NCBI RefSeq assembly: GCF_001194135.2 | Contig: NC_068981.1 | Location: 54,776,101-54,813,113, forward strand | Direction of reading: 5' to 3' | Source of the DNA: Octopus bimaculoides | Taxonomy: Eukaryota | Length of the DNA stretch: 37,013 bases | Shown here: positions 22,936-35,662 of the stretch, piece by piece | Position numbering within the stretch: the stretch's first letter is position 1 | How the letters are laid out: every line of letters starts with the position of its first letter | Position numbers and translations under genes: made by a program | The notes under the pieces: generated by a model | Database searches by the model: none | What the model saw: only the letters and a program-made list of their open reading frames with translations | Told to the model about the DNA's origin: nothing

Positions 22936-25900
22936 TTTTAATACCACTATTAAAATAACTTTAATTATTCATTATGCAACATGTAATTAGTTGATAATGT
23001 TACTTAGTAATATCCATATATTACAACTGTGCCCTATAATCATTCTCCTTTACTTAAATGTTATTATCATTTTACATTGTCTTGCATCTTAGTCATACAT
23101 AGTGATCATTTGGTTTCCATTTTATATTGCAGTCAATAATTAGATTATATTTGTGTCTCTTTGGGGAATTAAAATTGAAAGTACACATTTTGGACTACAT
23201 TACTTGGGAAAAATCAAGGTTTATGTTTGTTTTAACTAAATGTTTCTTCCCTGGGTGATGAAAGTTAGGATTTATAAAGTGTGTTTAGTAATGCATGGGC
23301 AATAAGGCTTGGGTTAGGATCAACAGATTGTGTTATAGAATGCTTTATACAAGAAAGAAGGGAGCGGTTGAATATAGTATAGAAGATGGATGGCAGGAAC
23401 TAGGCTTGTGAGCAACCGAGGATTATTGATATAATAAAGAAAATTAATAAAACTTGATTCAGTGAAGTGATCAAGACTTAAGCTATAAACAGTTGCTCGT
23501 GCTAATTTGTTTCATTACGCTTGAATAGAAATATCCGCAATAATACCATTATTTCCCATGATGAAGAGGAAGAGACAATAAATAGGTTTTCAGTTAACCT
23601 CATATCTAATATAACTGAATTATTTTTTACAATTACCATATTAAATACTCTGAATCATTTATTTAAAATTCTTCTCTTTTCCTCTCCCAGTTTGTCATTA
23701 TTTAGCTATTGCTCTCTGAATGTAAATTTCCTATATTATCACAATTGCCATCTGTGGTGAAATCTATGGTGATGTTTTTGTCAGAATAAACCCATAGTGT
23801 TTCAGAAAACAAAGTTTATCAGTGATAAGAAATCATTAATGAAATATTGTGCTGTATAAGGTATTCTATTATAATGCCAATTCTGATTAGGAAATTCAAG
23901 TTTTCTGGATTAAATGAGGGTTAGTTGGAAAAGAGAAATTACTTAAAATAATCAAGAGATGAATCTCAACCAACCTATTGCACCATCAATATAAAAATGA
24001 ATATTATACCATTGAATCTTTCAACCTATACTTGTTATCAGAGAAGAAATTACAGACTTAGTTACAATTTACATAATTTATATGTATAATTCAAAGTATG
24101 GTTGACTAAATTAATTAGCTCTTTTTTACAAGTTTTTTTAGATGCAAAGACAGTGCCTGTGATCCTTTACATACCTTCAGAGACTTAGTGGAAGGGATGG
24201 AGAAAGGTTTTCTCAAATCAGAGACCAAGCCTAAATGTTTGCAAACAACGTGAACTTATCTAAAGGCACCCAAAGTATCAGGTGGTAGTGTTAAATTAGG
24301 TGGCAAAAAATATATTCCTACAAGTAAATTCTGAAGTCCAACAATTTAGACTTTTGGTTTCAATATTTTATATGTAGGTTGGTTGTTCCATGACAAGGCT
24401 TTGGTTTGCAAAAATCATATTTTATTATTTACTTGAGAACCATTTTTTAAATTCAATCTAAAATTTCAGGAAAATGTTCATGATGAATCCATAAATGGGA
24501 TGAAAGCACTAAATAAATAATTTTTATCTAAATCCTGACTACCTCTTTTTTCTTTATATATATATATCTATATCTGTCTGTCTGTCTCTCAGTCTGTATA
24601 GTTATACTAGAAATAATAAAAAATGTAGGTTGGAATAGAAATTTAAGTGAATTCCATGAACATTAAATTTGTTTATATAATGACCAGTTTTGTTATATGA
24701 TGCTATATGTATGATAATGTTATTAATTCATGATAATATTGTCATATAATTATTTTACATTTCTAACATTTGTCTTCATTTTTTTAAAACATTTATTTTT
24801 TTAGAATCTTTATTAAAAATATAGATATTTGTTAAAATCAAGATTGCTGAAAAAAAATTAATGTTGTAAATTTCTTTTGCTTCTGTTTTGAATAACTACT
24901 CTGAATGAAAGAAAACAATATCTAAGTACCTGTTACTTCCATAAAATAATTATAATTTCTTTTGTATGAAAATAGATTACACAAAATATTTATTTTTAGG
25001 AAGAGACATCAGATTTTCTCTGTTTAATTAAGCATGCTTTATTGGGTTTCAAAGTTGTTTAGTCCCTGTTCAGCCCTAAATGGGAAGACTTGAAAGCACT
25101 CTAGCTGTGACAATCTTGTCTTTTCATTTATCTATGATTGCATTGACCAGTGGTCTTTTTCTTTGTGACTTTGAGAAAAATTTGGTCACCAATTCTAATA
25201 AGTTGAGTGACCATTCAGAAGTGCTTTCAATTTCAGTTATTTTTATAAAGTTCCTTTCTTTGTGTACACTTTTAGCATATACTGCATATATTCAGTAAGG
25301 GATATAGATAAAAAAAAAAAAGATCTCAAAATCTCTTCCATTTTGTTTCTTACAAATTGCAAGGACCATGTAGGTGCTTTGTAATGTAGAAGTATTTTGT
25401 AGAATTGAAAGAGGAAAATTATGAATGGTCTTAAAATTGAGTCCTTTGTTAAGAGTTTACCTTCAGTTACACAGAAGCATTAATAACTTATAACTTATAA
25501 TGTATATATTGATTTGAAGTATGATATAATTTATTTTGTCTAAAAGTAAAACATCTTATTCTGAAATTTTATAATGAAGGCTAAAATTATAAATCAAGAA
25601 ATATATTCTCTAAAATTAATTTTATTATGTGATTAACTCAAGTATTGTTAAGAAGGAGGATTCATATCTAAATTGTTTTCTCTAAATTTTGATCACAGCA
25701 TTCATTAATTTTCTAAAATATTTTATAGATAAAATAGAAATATAATTTTCTCCTTTTAAATATTCATTTACAGGGCATTGCTACCTTTTAAGTAACATTC
25801 TACTTGACATCGAAAAGGATTTTTTTTAATTAAAAGAACTCTAAATATTACATGTTGCAGAAAATAAAGAATAAATTCACTGTTTTTTTTTAAAATCAAA

Positions 25901-26030
25901 TATTTTTATTTCAGAATGTCAGTATGTTATGTCTTAAAAATTCCCTACAGTAACCATTAGATATACAATATAACTGTTTAGTTATTTAAATAAACCAACC
26001 ATATGATAGGTGAAAAGTATTTAGTCATTA

Positions 26031-26288
26031 TTAACCCTTTTAAATTACACTTTAACAATTTTGTGATCTTATCTTTAATTAAATACTCTATCAATGTGTT
26101 TTAATTAATATTTTAAAATATCATCTAGAATTTGGAGTGATTTTGTAAAATAACTAAATGCTTGGAACATAACTTAAAAGTTCTTACCTAAAATTAAGTC
26201 AAAGATTTATTTTCAATATGTTCTTTAACATGATTTTGTTTCATAAAACTGTGAATTGTTTCATGTATGTTGGTATCAAAAGGGTTAA
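26031..26288. mobile_element. piggyBac-like MITE (250 bp between TTAA sites)
   Basis: TTAA-CCCTTT at 26031-26040 and AAAGGG-TTAA at 26279-26288; AT-rich non-coding interior. Only 6 bp of TIR are recognisable. Confidence 0.6.
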
Positions 26289-27253
26289 TGGTTTATCATT
26301 CATAAATACATTCAATACTTATTTTCCTTTCTATTTCTCTTTAAACATTATTTGATTAGGCTACTTCAAATTTAGTATGGCATGTAAAATATTGCTTGTT
26401 GGTTAAACTCTACTCAAGAGGCTTTGTGTCATATGTGAGAGCATGTGTCTATACTGGAAAATCTTACTTTATTCTGTATTGGTAGAACAGCATCAGTTGT
26501 GGCTGTGGAGGGTCATATTGAAGCAACAATCACAGTGGACTGCTACTTTCCACATTACAGTGGAATGACACTGAAATTTCCTGTCCAGGATGCAGATCTT
26601 AACAAATTTGTATGAAAGACCAGCATCTTTCCATGCTGCAAGACTTACCACTTCATGCTGTTGATGTTGCTTCAGGCTGATACAGCTTAGCATCAGTGTT
26701 GTCACAAATTGTTGCCAGAATGAAGTTTGACAACAGGTCACCTTAGTTTCTCCAGTTCTAGTTTTGTGTTCAGGTTTTACTCTTAAAGCCTCAGAGTTTT
26801 GCATCTTTTAACTGATCTGTTTTCTCAGAATGCAAGTTATCTCCACCCAAAGCCCTAGCTTTACAATACCAGGATCTGCCTTTAACCTTTTCCAGTTAGT
26901 AAAAACAGTTCCACTGGATTTAAAGGCTTAAGCCACATGAGAAAGCTAAGGATTGGGCTTGTTTCAGATGCATGCCATGAGTAGTAGTTTTTACATAGTG
27001 AGAGCTTGTCCTTAACAACACAACTTGCTTTAATAATTTGCATTGCAGAGGTAGCAGATCAAAGTTTTTACTACTTATTTATTGCATTAACCTTATGCAG
27101 ACTACTGATGCCATAGAAATAAATAATTAAGTTTTCATAGCATTACACCAAAGATAAATCAGTTCTGAAATCAATTTCTACTTCACTCATTTTAAAGGTC
27201 TACCCTACCATTTTATACTACTTACTTCTTTAAATATATACTAAAATTCTAGT

Positions 27254-27435
27254 CATCATCATCATCATCATCATTATTTTAATGCCTACTTTTCCATGCT
27301 TGCATAGGTCAGAGGTTATTGAGGCAGATTTTCTGTGACTGGATGTTCTTCCATAGAAAATCTTCCTCAATAAACCCTTTCTAATGCATGCAAGCATGGA
27401 AAAGTGATTGTTAAAGTGATGATGATGATGATGAT
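27254..27435. mobile_element. Fold-back pair of family A terminal segments with tails facing outward
   Basis: Left arm 27254-27352 (minus strand, (CAT)n first); right arm 27353-27435 (plus strand, ends in (GAT)n). Flanked by TAAAATTCTAGT (27242-27253) and TAAAATTTTAGT (27436-27447). Confidence 0.88.
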
Positions 27436-27996
27436 TAAAATTTTAGTAGTGTTTCTAATTTTCATCAATCCCTTATTTTTGTTATTAAAACTATGAAAGA
27501 AAGGTTGCTTTTCTGTAACATCTCTACAGTATCAAAAGGTAAATACTTATATTAACTGCTAAAACTGTATGGTATTTATTTCAAGAAACGTCTTTAAGAT
27601 CAATATATTTTACTGTAATTTTGATTGACGAAATTATGAGAATTTTGTCTGGAGGTTTTATTTATGTTATAACTTTGATATCATAGCAAAGCTACATTAT
27701 TTCATCATCATTATTGTTTTGATATGCTAGCTCAGCCTGGTTAGTCTAACCACCATCATGTTGCCACTTGCTCATATATTTTATCATCACTTCTGAATCC
27801 CAGCATTTTAAAATCCCATTTCACTTTCTCACATCTTTTTTTACACATTTTTTTGTAAAGGCTTGTTATATTTGGCAGAGGGTGGGTTGGGTTGGGTTGA
27901 ATAATAACAGTTAAACAGACAATGCATGAAATGTATTAAAAAACATTTCTTTGAAAACAATTATTTTTTTTGATATATTAAAATGCTTTATATAAA

Positions 27997-28324
27997 NNNN
28001 NNNNNNNNNNNNNNNNNNNNNNNNNNNNNNNNNNNNNNNNNNNNNNNNNNNNNNNNNNNNNNNNNNNNNNNNNNNNNNNNNNNNNNNNNNNNNNNNNNNN
28101 NNNNNNNNNNNNNNNNNNNNNNNNNNNNNNNNNNNNNNNNNNNNNNNNNNNNNNNNNNNNNNNNNNNNNNNNNNNNNNNNNNNNNNNNNNNNNNNNNNNN
28201 NNNNNNNNNNNNNNNNNNNNNNNNNNNNNNNNNNNNNNNNNNNNNNNNNNNNNNNNNNNNNNNNNNNNNNNNNNNNNNNNNNNNNNNNNNNNNNNNNNNN
28301 NNNNNNNNNNNNNNNNNNNNNNNN
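27997..28324. other. Assembly gap (328 N)
   Basis: Run of N. Confidence 1.
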
Positions 28325-29039
28325 ACCCAGTGACAAATGATGAGATCTCTCCTCTCTTCACCTGACAAAAGATTCTTAGTTTATCATCATCATCACAACC
28401 ATCAGTGTTTTTATATATAATATGTTATTGTTTGTGCTGAACGAGCTTTTCCTGTTGCTTTTCCTTGATTAGAGTTTATCATTATGATACTGTAACTGCT
28501 GCTTCTGTTGTCAATGGTAATGATGATGATGATGGTATCTTTTTAAGTATGATTTTTTACTTTTGTTGTGTTGTTGGATGAACTCTTCTTAGTTGTCTCT
28601 GTTTAATGTCAAGTTTATTTAAAGATGGATTTTTGTAGTAATTCTCTTTGTAAAATAATATTGTAATTACAATATAATTATTTTGGGAAGACTGCATAAT
28701 TACCTTTATGTTATAGTCTACACTCTTGTGCAATCATATAGTTTTGTTTAATTTTTTGTGATTTGCAGCAGATTGTGAAGTAACTTGTTGCACCAGTAAT
28801 CAGACTTGGTTTGTTTGCACTTTTTGTGTTATCATTCATCTGAAGAAATAACCTATTCCGAACTTCATTTTATCTTTCTATGACCCTTTTGTGAAACTTA
28901 CTCATAACATACCATTGTTTGGCTTTGGACCCAAACTAAGATTTAGGCCAAATTACCTTTTATGGCACTACTGAATTACAGTGTATTCTATCAGATTTTA
29001 TGAAATTTTTGTAACCATATTGAGATGTATCTTTATCTT

Positions 29040-29663
29040 GTACTTGTTTCAGTCATTGGCCTGCAGCCATGCTGGGGCAGTGCCTTGAAGGGTTTTATTG
29101 AACAAGTAGATCCCAGTACTTAATTTTAAATCTGGTATTTATTCTATCAGTCCATTTTGCTGAATTGCTAAGTTACAGGGATGTAAAGAAACCAAGTGCC
29201 AGTTATCAAGTAGTGGTGGGGTACAAATACACACATACCCCCCCCCCCCACACACACACATACATTATAATACATACATATATTATAATGAGTTTCACCG
29301 CCTGACTGGTTTTCGTGCCGGTGGCACGTAAAAGCACCCACTACACTCTTGGAGTGGTTGGCGTTAGGAAGGGCATCCAGCTGTAGAAACTCTACCAAAT
29401 CAGATTGGAGCCTGGTGTATCCATCTGGTTTCACCAGTCCTCAGTCAAATCGTCCAACCCATGCTAGCATGGAAAGCAGACATTAAACAATGATGATGAT
29501 GATGGTATACAGTTTCCATCTACCAAATTCACTTACAAAGCATTGATCCGGATAGAACTATAGTAAAAGACACCTACCCAGGGTGCCACAGAATGGGACT
29601 GAACCTGAAACCGTGTGGTTGTAAAGTGAGCTTCTTAATCACACAACCATGCCTGTACCTATA
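29040..29663 (-). mobile_element. Near full-length SINE family B, interrupted by a family A insertion
   Basis: 5' half 29505-29663 with A-box-like TGGTTGTGTGA and B box GGTTCAGTCCC (reverse complement at 29595-29605). 3' half 29040-29290 links through tttgtaccccaccactacttgataa, matching tttgtcccccaccatcgcttgacaa of the 31915 copy. Confidence 0.75.
29292..29504 (+). mobile_element. Family A terminal segment (UTR variant 1), 5'-truncated
   Basis: ccgcctgactgg...gtggcacgtaaaagcacccactacac...aacCCATGCTAGCATGGaaagcagacattaaacaatgatgatgatgatg. Confidence 0.9.
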
Positions 29664-30359
29664 TATATATGGAAGTTGGGATTTTCTCGTTTCATTTCAG
29701 AATATTTTCTGACAGAGTAATTAATATTGACCTCTGAATACCAATGAAAATATATTTGTTATATAATTATCAAACTCATAATCAATATTATCCAGTTTGA
29801 CTTTCGTCCCTTCACCATCCATTGTTTTATCTGAATTATTCTTGAAACACTTTATCTGTTGTGGTTTATAAAAATGAAACCCATTGAATTTATTCTATTA
29901 CTAAAATGGGATTTTCCCTTCAAAAGAAAAACCTCAGTTAAAAAGTTTACATGTCTTTAGTTGTTTTGTTTCTTTTCAGACAAATTTGGTTATTTTATCA
30001 TATAATATATACTGCTTCATTGAAATATACAGTTTTCCAATTTAAAATTGGGTAAATATAGTCAAATGGAGTATTCTTATGCTATGTTTTGTCAGTAAGA
30101 AACTGTTTCACAAAGTTTCCTGTGAAGGTTAAAAGTTAAATTTGATTTTGTTTCTCCAAAGTTCTTTACTCTAAAACTAATTTATCAACAGCAGTCAAAT
30201 CTCCCCTCTGCAATATATTTAGGTATTTCAGGAAATGCATGTAAGCAATATCTGAAGTTAATCTGTTCAGTTTCATGGACAGGTACTGTTTTAGATCAAT
30301 TTCCCTTTCTCATGTGGGTTAGATGATCCTGATTATTGATGCGAGGGATTTCAAAGCTT

Positions 30360-30460
30360 GATTGGAGCCTGGTGCAGCCATCCGGTTCACCAGTCCTCAG
30401 TTAAATCGTCCAACCCATGCTAGCATGGAAAGCGGATGTTAAACGATGATGATGATGATG
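30360..30460 (+). mobile_element. Family A terminal ~100 bp
   Basis: gattggagcctggtgcagcc...CCATGCTAGCATGGaaagcggatgttaaacgatgatgatgatgatg; close to 29402-29504. Confidence 0.9.
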
Positions 30461-30747
30461 TTGTTCCTACCACTAATCAATCAACTGTACAGTAGGATTG
30501 GAACTAGCTCATGAAACAAGCAAAATATGGCAGAAGTTATAAAGTTTTGAACTCATGACTATACAATCAGTAGTGTATAGAATTAAAATTCTATAATGCC
30601 TACTGGTAGTAATTCTTAATACTTCAAGCATTACTTTCAACTAAGAAAAGAAAATGGGGAAAAAAAAAAAAAAAACTTTTTAGCAAGGATGAGCTTTAAG
30701 GATTCTCTGCATTTGAAAAACATAGTTGTAGACGTTTATATTATTAG

Positions 30748-31283
30748 ACTTGTAAGGATATGGTATTTTGTTATGCAACCATAACATGCTACAAAGTATA
30801 TTAAATATTTTCATAAGTCAATACCATGTACTACTGTGTTAGTAGTGGACTTAAATCATGTGTTAAGGTCATCTGTACAGATTTTCTATATAAATTATAA
30901 CCAGCACTGATTTTATTATGGTGTTTTGTGTCCAAGACGTCAGATGTAAGCAATGAGATCGAAGATAAAAAAATGGGTGATATATGGGTGTATATGCCAT
31001 ATATGAAATAGGTGTATATGCCATATTTTGGGAGTTTTTGCTCTTTCATCAGCACCCCTCTAACCCATTAATCATCCATAAACTCATTGCTGAAGTAACC
31101 ACTACATACAGCAGTGTAATGTTATTGGATATACCAATTTACATACTGAACACATCCCTGGAAGCTGGTATGTAAATATCTATCACTTGTAGGCACACAG
31201 TATTTCGTTATGCAACCATAATATGCTGCAAAGTATGTTAAACATTTTTATAAGTCAATATCATGTACTTCTGTGTTAGCAGT
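30748..31283. repeat. Pair of ~99-bp direct repeats 437 bp apart
   Basis: 30748-30846 vs 31185-31283 share gttatgcaaccataa, aaagtat, ataagtcaata, catgtact and ctgtgttag. Confidence 0.9.
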
Positions 31284-31914
31284 ATAATAATTTCTTGTAG
31301 AATTATTGACCCTGAATTAAATGTGTGTGCAAAAATTTAATTTGTTTTATCTCAAGCATTGTCCTTTTCCTTGAATAGGCTGAGAATGACAAATAAATAT
31401 GTAAAAATCTCTTCATATTGATAATTTAGTTGTCATAGTTATCTTTGTGACCATTTATACATAATCCTCACAATCAAAGTGCTATGTTATAAAAATATCT
31501 ATAATTACATTATGATTACTTTATAAGCTCAGAATATATTATTGATGTTGGAAAAGTATTACAATTTCTTTTCTCTTAATATCAGTTGAAATGAACTTAT
31601 TTCTTCTTTTTCTTTTGTTCTACTGTTGAAAAAAAAAAAGCCCTTTATAACATTTTGAAATTAGAAAACATATTATGATTTAAGAATTACCTTAATCTTT
31701 ACATCTTTTCTTATTTTCCTTTTGTTCTAATCTATTAAATTACTTTCCATTTCAATACCCATTTCCAAGGAAAATATTATTACCCTTCCTTTTTTTATAT
31801 TTCAGTTAGATTTATTTTACCTGACACCAAATATTGATGTATCTGGTGTTCCTGTCTTCTACAACAATCTGGTTGTAATCTTTTGGCTTTATTTAATAGT
31901 GTATGTATAGTGTA

Positions 31915-32105
31915 TAGGCACAGGAGTGGCTGTGTGGTAAGTAGCTTGCTTACTAACCACTGCGTGGCACTTTGGGCAAGTGTCTTCTACTATAGCCCTA
32001 GGCCAACCAAAGATTTGTGAGTGGACTGGTAGACAGAAACTAAGAGAAGCCCATCGTGTATATATATGTGTGTTCGTGTTTGTCCCCCCACCATCGCTTG
32101 ACAAT
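31915..32105 (+). mobile_element. SINE family B 5' half lacking its B box
   Basis: A-box-like TGGCTGTGTGG at 31927-31937; aaccac|tgcgtggcac junction at 31960/31961. Confidence 0.85.
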
Positions 32106-32814
32106 AAGCACTTACAACAAAACTTTTGAATTTTTTTAGTATATTTCAAATTAGTGCACCATAGTGTTTAAATCAAGAACAAAATCAAAACAGTTTTAAT
32201 ATATATTCAGTACATTACAATTTATTAAATTTTCAAAAGAAAGGTGAGATTTTCTTTAAAAAACTATGTAATTTTTTTCTCAGTTAAAAATTTACATTTA
32301 ATTTAGATTATATTTTCCAGAATGTTTGATCACTCTAGCACTTAAAGGTACACAAAAATACGTACTGCTTCTCTGGAATAGTCAGTATTTGATTTTAGAA
32401 TAAACAGAGTGAATATAGGCAGGTAGCTGTTATTAACAAGATACTGCAGGATTTTCTGTGCACAAGTTCCAGAGTTAAACTCTATTTTGTTTCACTAAAT
32501 CATCATCATTGTCTAGTAATTGATTGTTTGCATGTCAGTTTTCATTTATAATTGCTTTTGTTATTCTATTCTACTTCATTGTTAATATTTATGGTTTGTA
32601 CAAATGATGACTGTGTCTTTGAGAGCTTATATTGTTTTACTACTAGGTTAAATGTAAAATATTTGTAATTAGCCTGAGCCATCTGACATAATGTCAATGT
32701 TATAGTCAAAATTGTATATTACAATTTTTTGTAATCTAGTGTTTGTGTATGTATCATAACAGTAGTTGCAGAAGCAGCAGTAGAGTATATGAGAATACTC
32801 TAATGTCTATTGAT

Positions 32815-33055
32815 CAACTGGTAAATTGGTAGAGTTGTTTTAGTGTTTGATAGAATGCCTCACTGTGTTTGTACCAATTTGCTACACCATTAGTTCAAAT
32901 CTCACTGAAGTCAGCTTCGCTTTTTGTTACTAATCAGATAGAAAAAAAAATCCAGTGCAGTAGAGATTGGCAAACCTAAAAGATGCTGGTTTGAATCACT
33001 TGTAGTATTTATTTCAGGTCCTTGCATTCTAAGTTCAAATCCCACCATAGCCTAC
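32815..33055 (+). mobile_element. Decayed SINE family C fragments
   Basis: ttagttcaaatctcactgaagtcagcttcgc and cattctaagttcaaatccc resemble the family C B-box region. Confidence 0.45.
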
Positions 33056-33637
33056 TTGAGTGGTAAATTTAATGCATTTCCTGCTTGAACACCACTACTT
33101 GCCACCTTGAGTGTCTTTACCAGAATCCATTCTGTGGCATGCATTTGGGGAAGGTTTTCAGTTTTAGGATAACTTTCTACCTTACTCCTGCCAATCTCAG
33201 AGGTCCTGTTAAAGTTATGGATACTCCTTAATCTTAACTATAAAAATTAAAAAAGAATCTTTTGAAATAGAAATAATGTAAAAAGTAGCAAGATAATATA
33301 ACCAGCCATACTTTTACATGTGAATTATGTAAGTTGTGAAAAAAAAATGTATTTCTGGCCTTTGAAAGGAAGCCAGTTTAGAATTTAGATTTTACAATGT
33401 TATATATGTTTGGCTTACATAAGAGACTGAAAGTTTTATCAGTTATATAAATTTTGAGGTTTTAATTGTGCATTGCTCATGTTTAAGGAGGATGTAGTGA
33501 AAAATAGCTTTCTTGAAATGAAGGGTAATTGAGTCTTTGTGCTGTTTAAGAAGCCTAAAGTATTATGTCTCTTTTGAAAGATGTTCTCAAGATCTCTTGT
33601 TTTCCAGTCCAAGAGAAATAGATGTGATAGTACTTAC

Positions 33638-35662
33638 ATATAGATATATACCCAGACCTATTCCCCATTTTTTTTTAGGAGTTGGTAGCCACAACAAGAC
33701 ACACACCAGGCATTCCATTCATTTCCCAGCTCAAAGGGGCAAGCCCCGTTCAATGCTTGAGTCAAGGCATAGAACACAAATCCTAATATCAGCAGCAGGG
33801 CCCGACAGCATATGCTGGTTTACCCCATGCTGCATCATGCTGATTCTGTACCCCTTTGAGCAACATCAAAATTCACTCATCCATCCACAAACACTCTCCA
33901 AGCTTTCCTAACATCTATAAACTCTCTTGCCTCTCTCACACCAACACCTTTAACCACCAAAGCTTTCCTCACTCCATCCATTCACACAAACCAAGGTCTG
34001 CCTATGGTTCTGCTGCCTACCACTTCTGCCTTCATCACCCTCCTTACCATTCCGCTCCTCCTCCATCCTCTCCATGTGGCCAAACCACCTCAACATACGT
34101 CTATCCAATTTGGCTGTTAGTTTTTCTCTCATTCCTGCTCGTCTTTGCACCTCCTCATTCCTCATCCTATCCTTCCATGTCACACCAACCATAGTCATCA
34201 GACATCTCGTTTCAAACACATCTAGTCGCCTCCTTTCCGCCTCTCTCAGCCCCCACGTCTCTGCACCATATAACATTGTTGGCACAATCATGCCCTCATA
34301 CTCAACCTTTTATCTCTCAGCATACCTTTCACAACTCCAAGTATCTTACTCCCCTCCCCTGCTCTGTATCCCATCTCCTCAGCTAACCCGCCATCTGCCA
34401 TCACATGTGACCCCAGATACTTAAAGACACTCACCTCCTCTAACATCTTACCATTTAACTCACATGCATCCTACCAGCCATTCTATCTCTTGAACATCTC
34501 ATCACCTTACTCTTAGCAACATTCACTTTCAATTTCCTTCTCTCATACACTCTTCCAAACTCCACCACTAGTCTCCTCAGTTGCTCTTCCAAATCTGCCA
34601 CCAGTGCTGTATCATCAGCAAACAACTGCCTCACCTGCCATTTCTCTCCATTTTCTCCCACCATTTGGGCTCCTCTACCAAGGGTTCTAGAATTTGTCTC
34701 TCTCACCACACCGTCCATATATAAACTAAATACCTTCAGAAACATCACACAACCCTGTCTTAACCCCACCTTCACATCAAACCACTCACTTCACCACCCA
34801 CCGTAACGCATGCCCTACTTTCTCTATAAAAACTCTGAACAGCTCTCAATAATCTACCATCTACTCCATACAACTGCAACACCTGCCACATTGCATCCCT
34901 ATCCACACAGTCCATAAAGGCCCAATACACTTCCCTCCCTTTTGCCAAAAACTTCTCACACATCTGTCTTGCTACAGATATTTGATCTGTACACTCCTTT
35001 CCACTCCTTAAACCACACTGCTCCTCCCCTAGTACACTCTCTGTCTGGTTCCTCACCCTAACAACCAGAATTCTCCCATACAGTTTACCAACCACACACA
35101 ACAGACTTATACCCCTAAAATTTCCACACTCACATTTATCCCCATTCCCTTTGTACAGTGGTACTATACAGGCACTGCACCAGTCCTTTGGTACTCTTCC
35201 AACCTTATAACAAACATTCATAGGCTTCATTAACCATTCAATCACTGTCACTCCTCCTTTCTTTAGGCACTCCATTGTACACTCATCTATACCTGGCGCC
35301 TTCCGGTTTGCCATCTTCCGCAGGGATTCTCTCACCTCCTCTCTTCTAATTGCACCATAGTTCTGATCCCCAACAACAGGCATACTCCTCTCTCCTCCTA
35401 CAGCCACTATACTTGCCTCCCTAACATCCTCCACATTTAACAGCTCACTAAAATATTCTGCCAATCTCCTTCGTACATCCTCACTTTCTTTCAACAAATT
35501 TCCATTTACATCCTTTCTTTCCTCCAACCACCTTTCTTACCCTCTGTACCTCCTTCCAAAACCTTTTTATTTCTTACAAAATTTTCACTCAATTTTTTCC
35601 TGAACCTTTCACTCACCTCCCATTTCACCACAATCACCACTCTCTTTACACTCCTCTGCACG
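33638..35662 (-). mobile_element. 5'-truncated RTE-clade LINE, 2025 bp, best-preserved element in the window (RT split by a few frameshifts)
   Basis: ORF pieces 34772-35527, 34455-34775 and 33950-34291 contain IVPLYKGNGDKCECGNFRGISLL, GLRQGC, LFADD, KYLG and WFGHMERM. Identical 14-bp TSD GTGATAGTACTTAC at 33624-33637 and 35663-35676; TA-rich 3' tail at 33638-33650. Confidence 0.96.

Noticed and set aside
24140-24290. Possible exon after a tttttttAG acceptor
   Set aside because: All three frames stop before a convincing donor, and the peptide is not recognisable.
26493-26804. 103-aa minus-strand ORF in a locally less AT-rich patch
   Set aside because: No recognisable domain; probably an old unclassified repeat.
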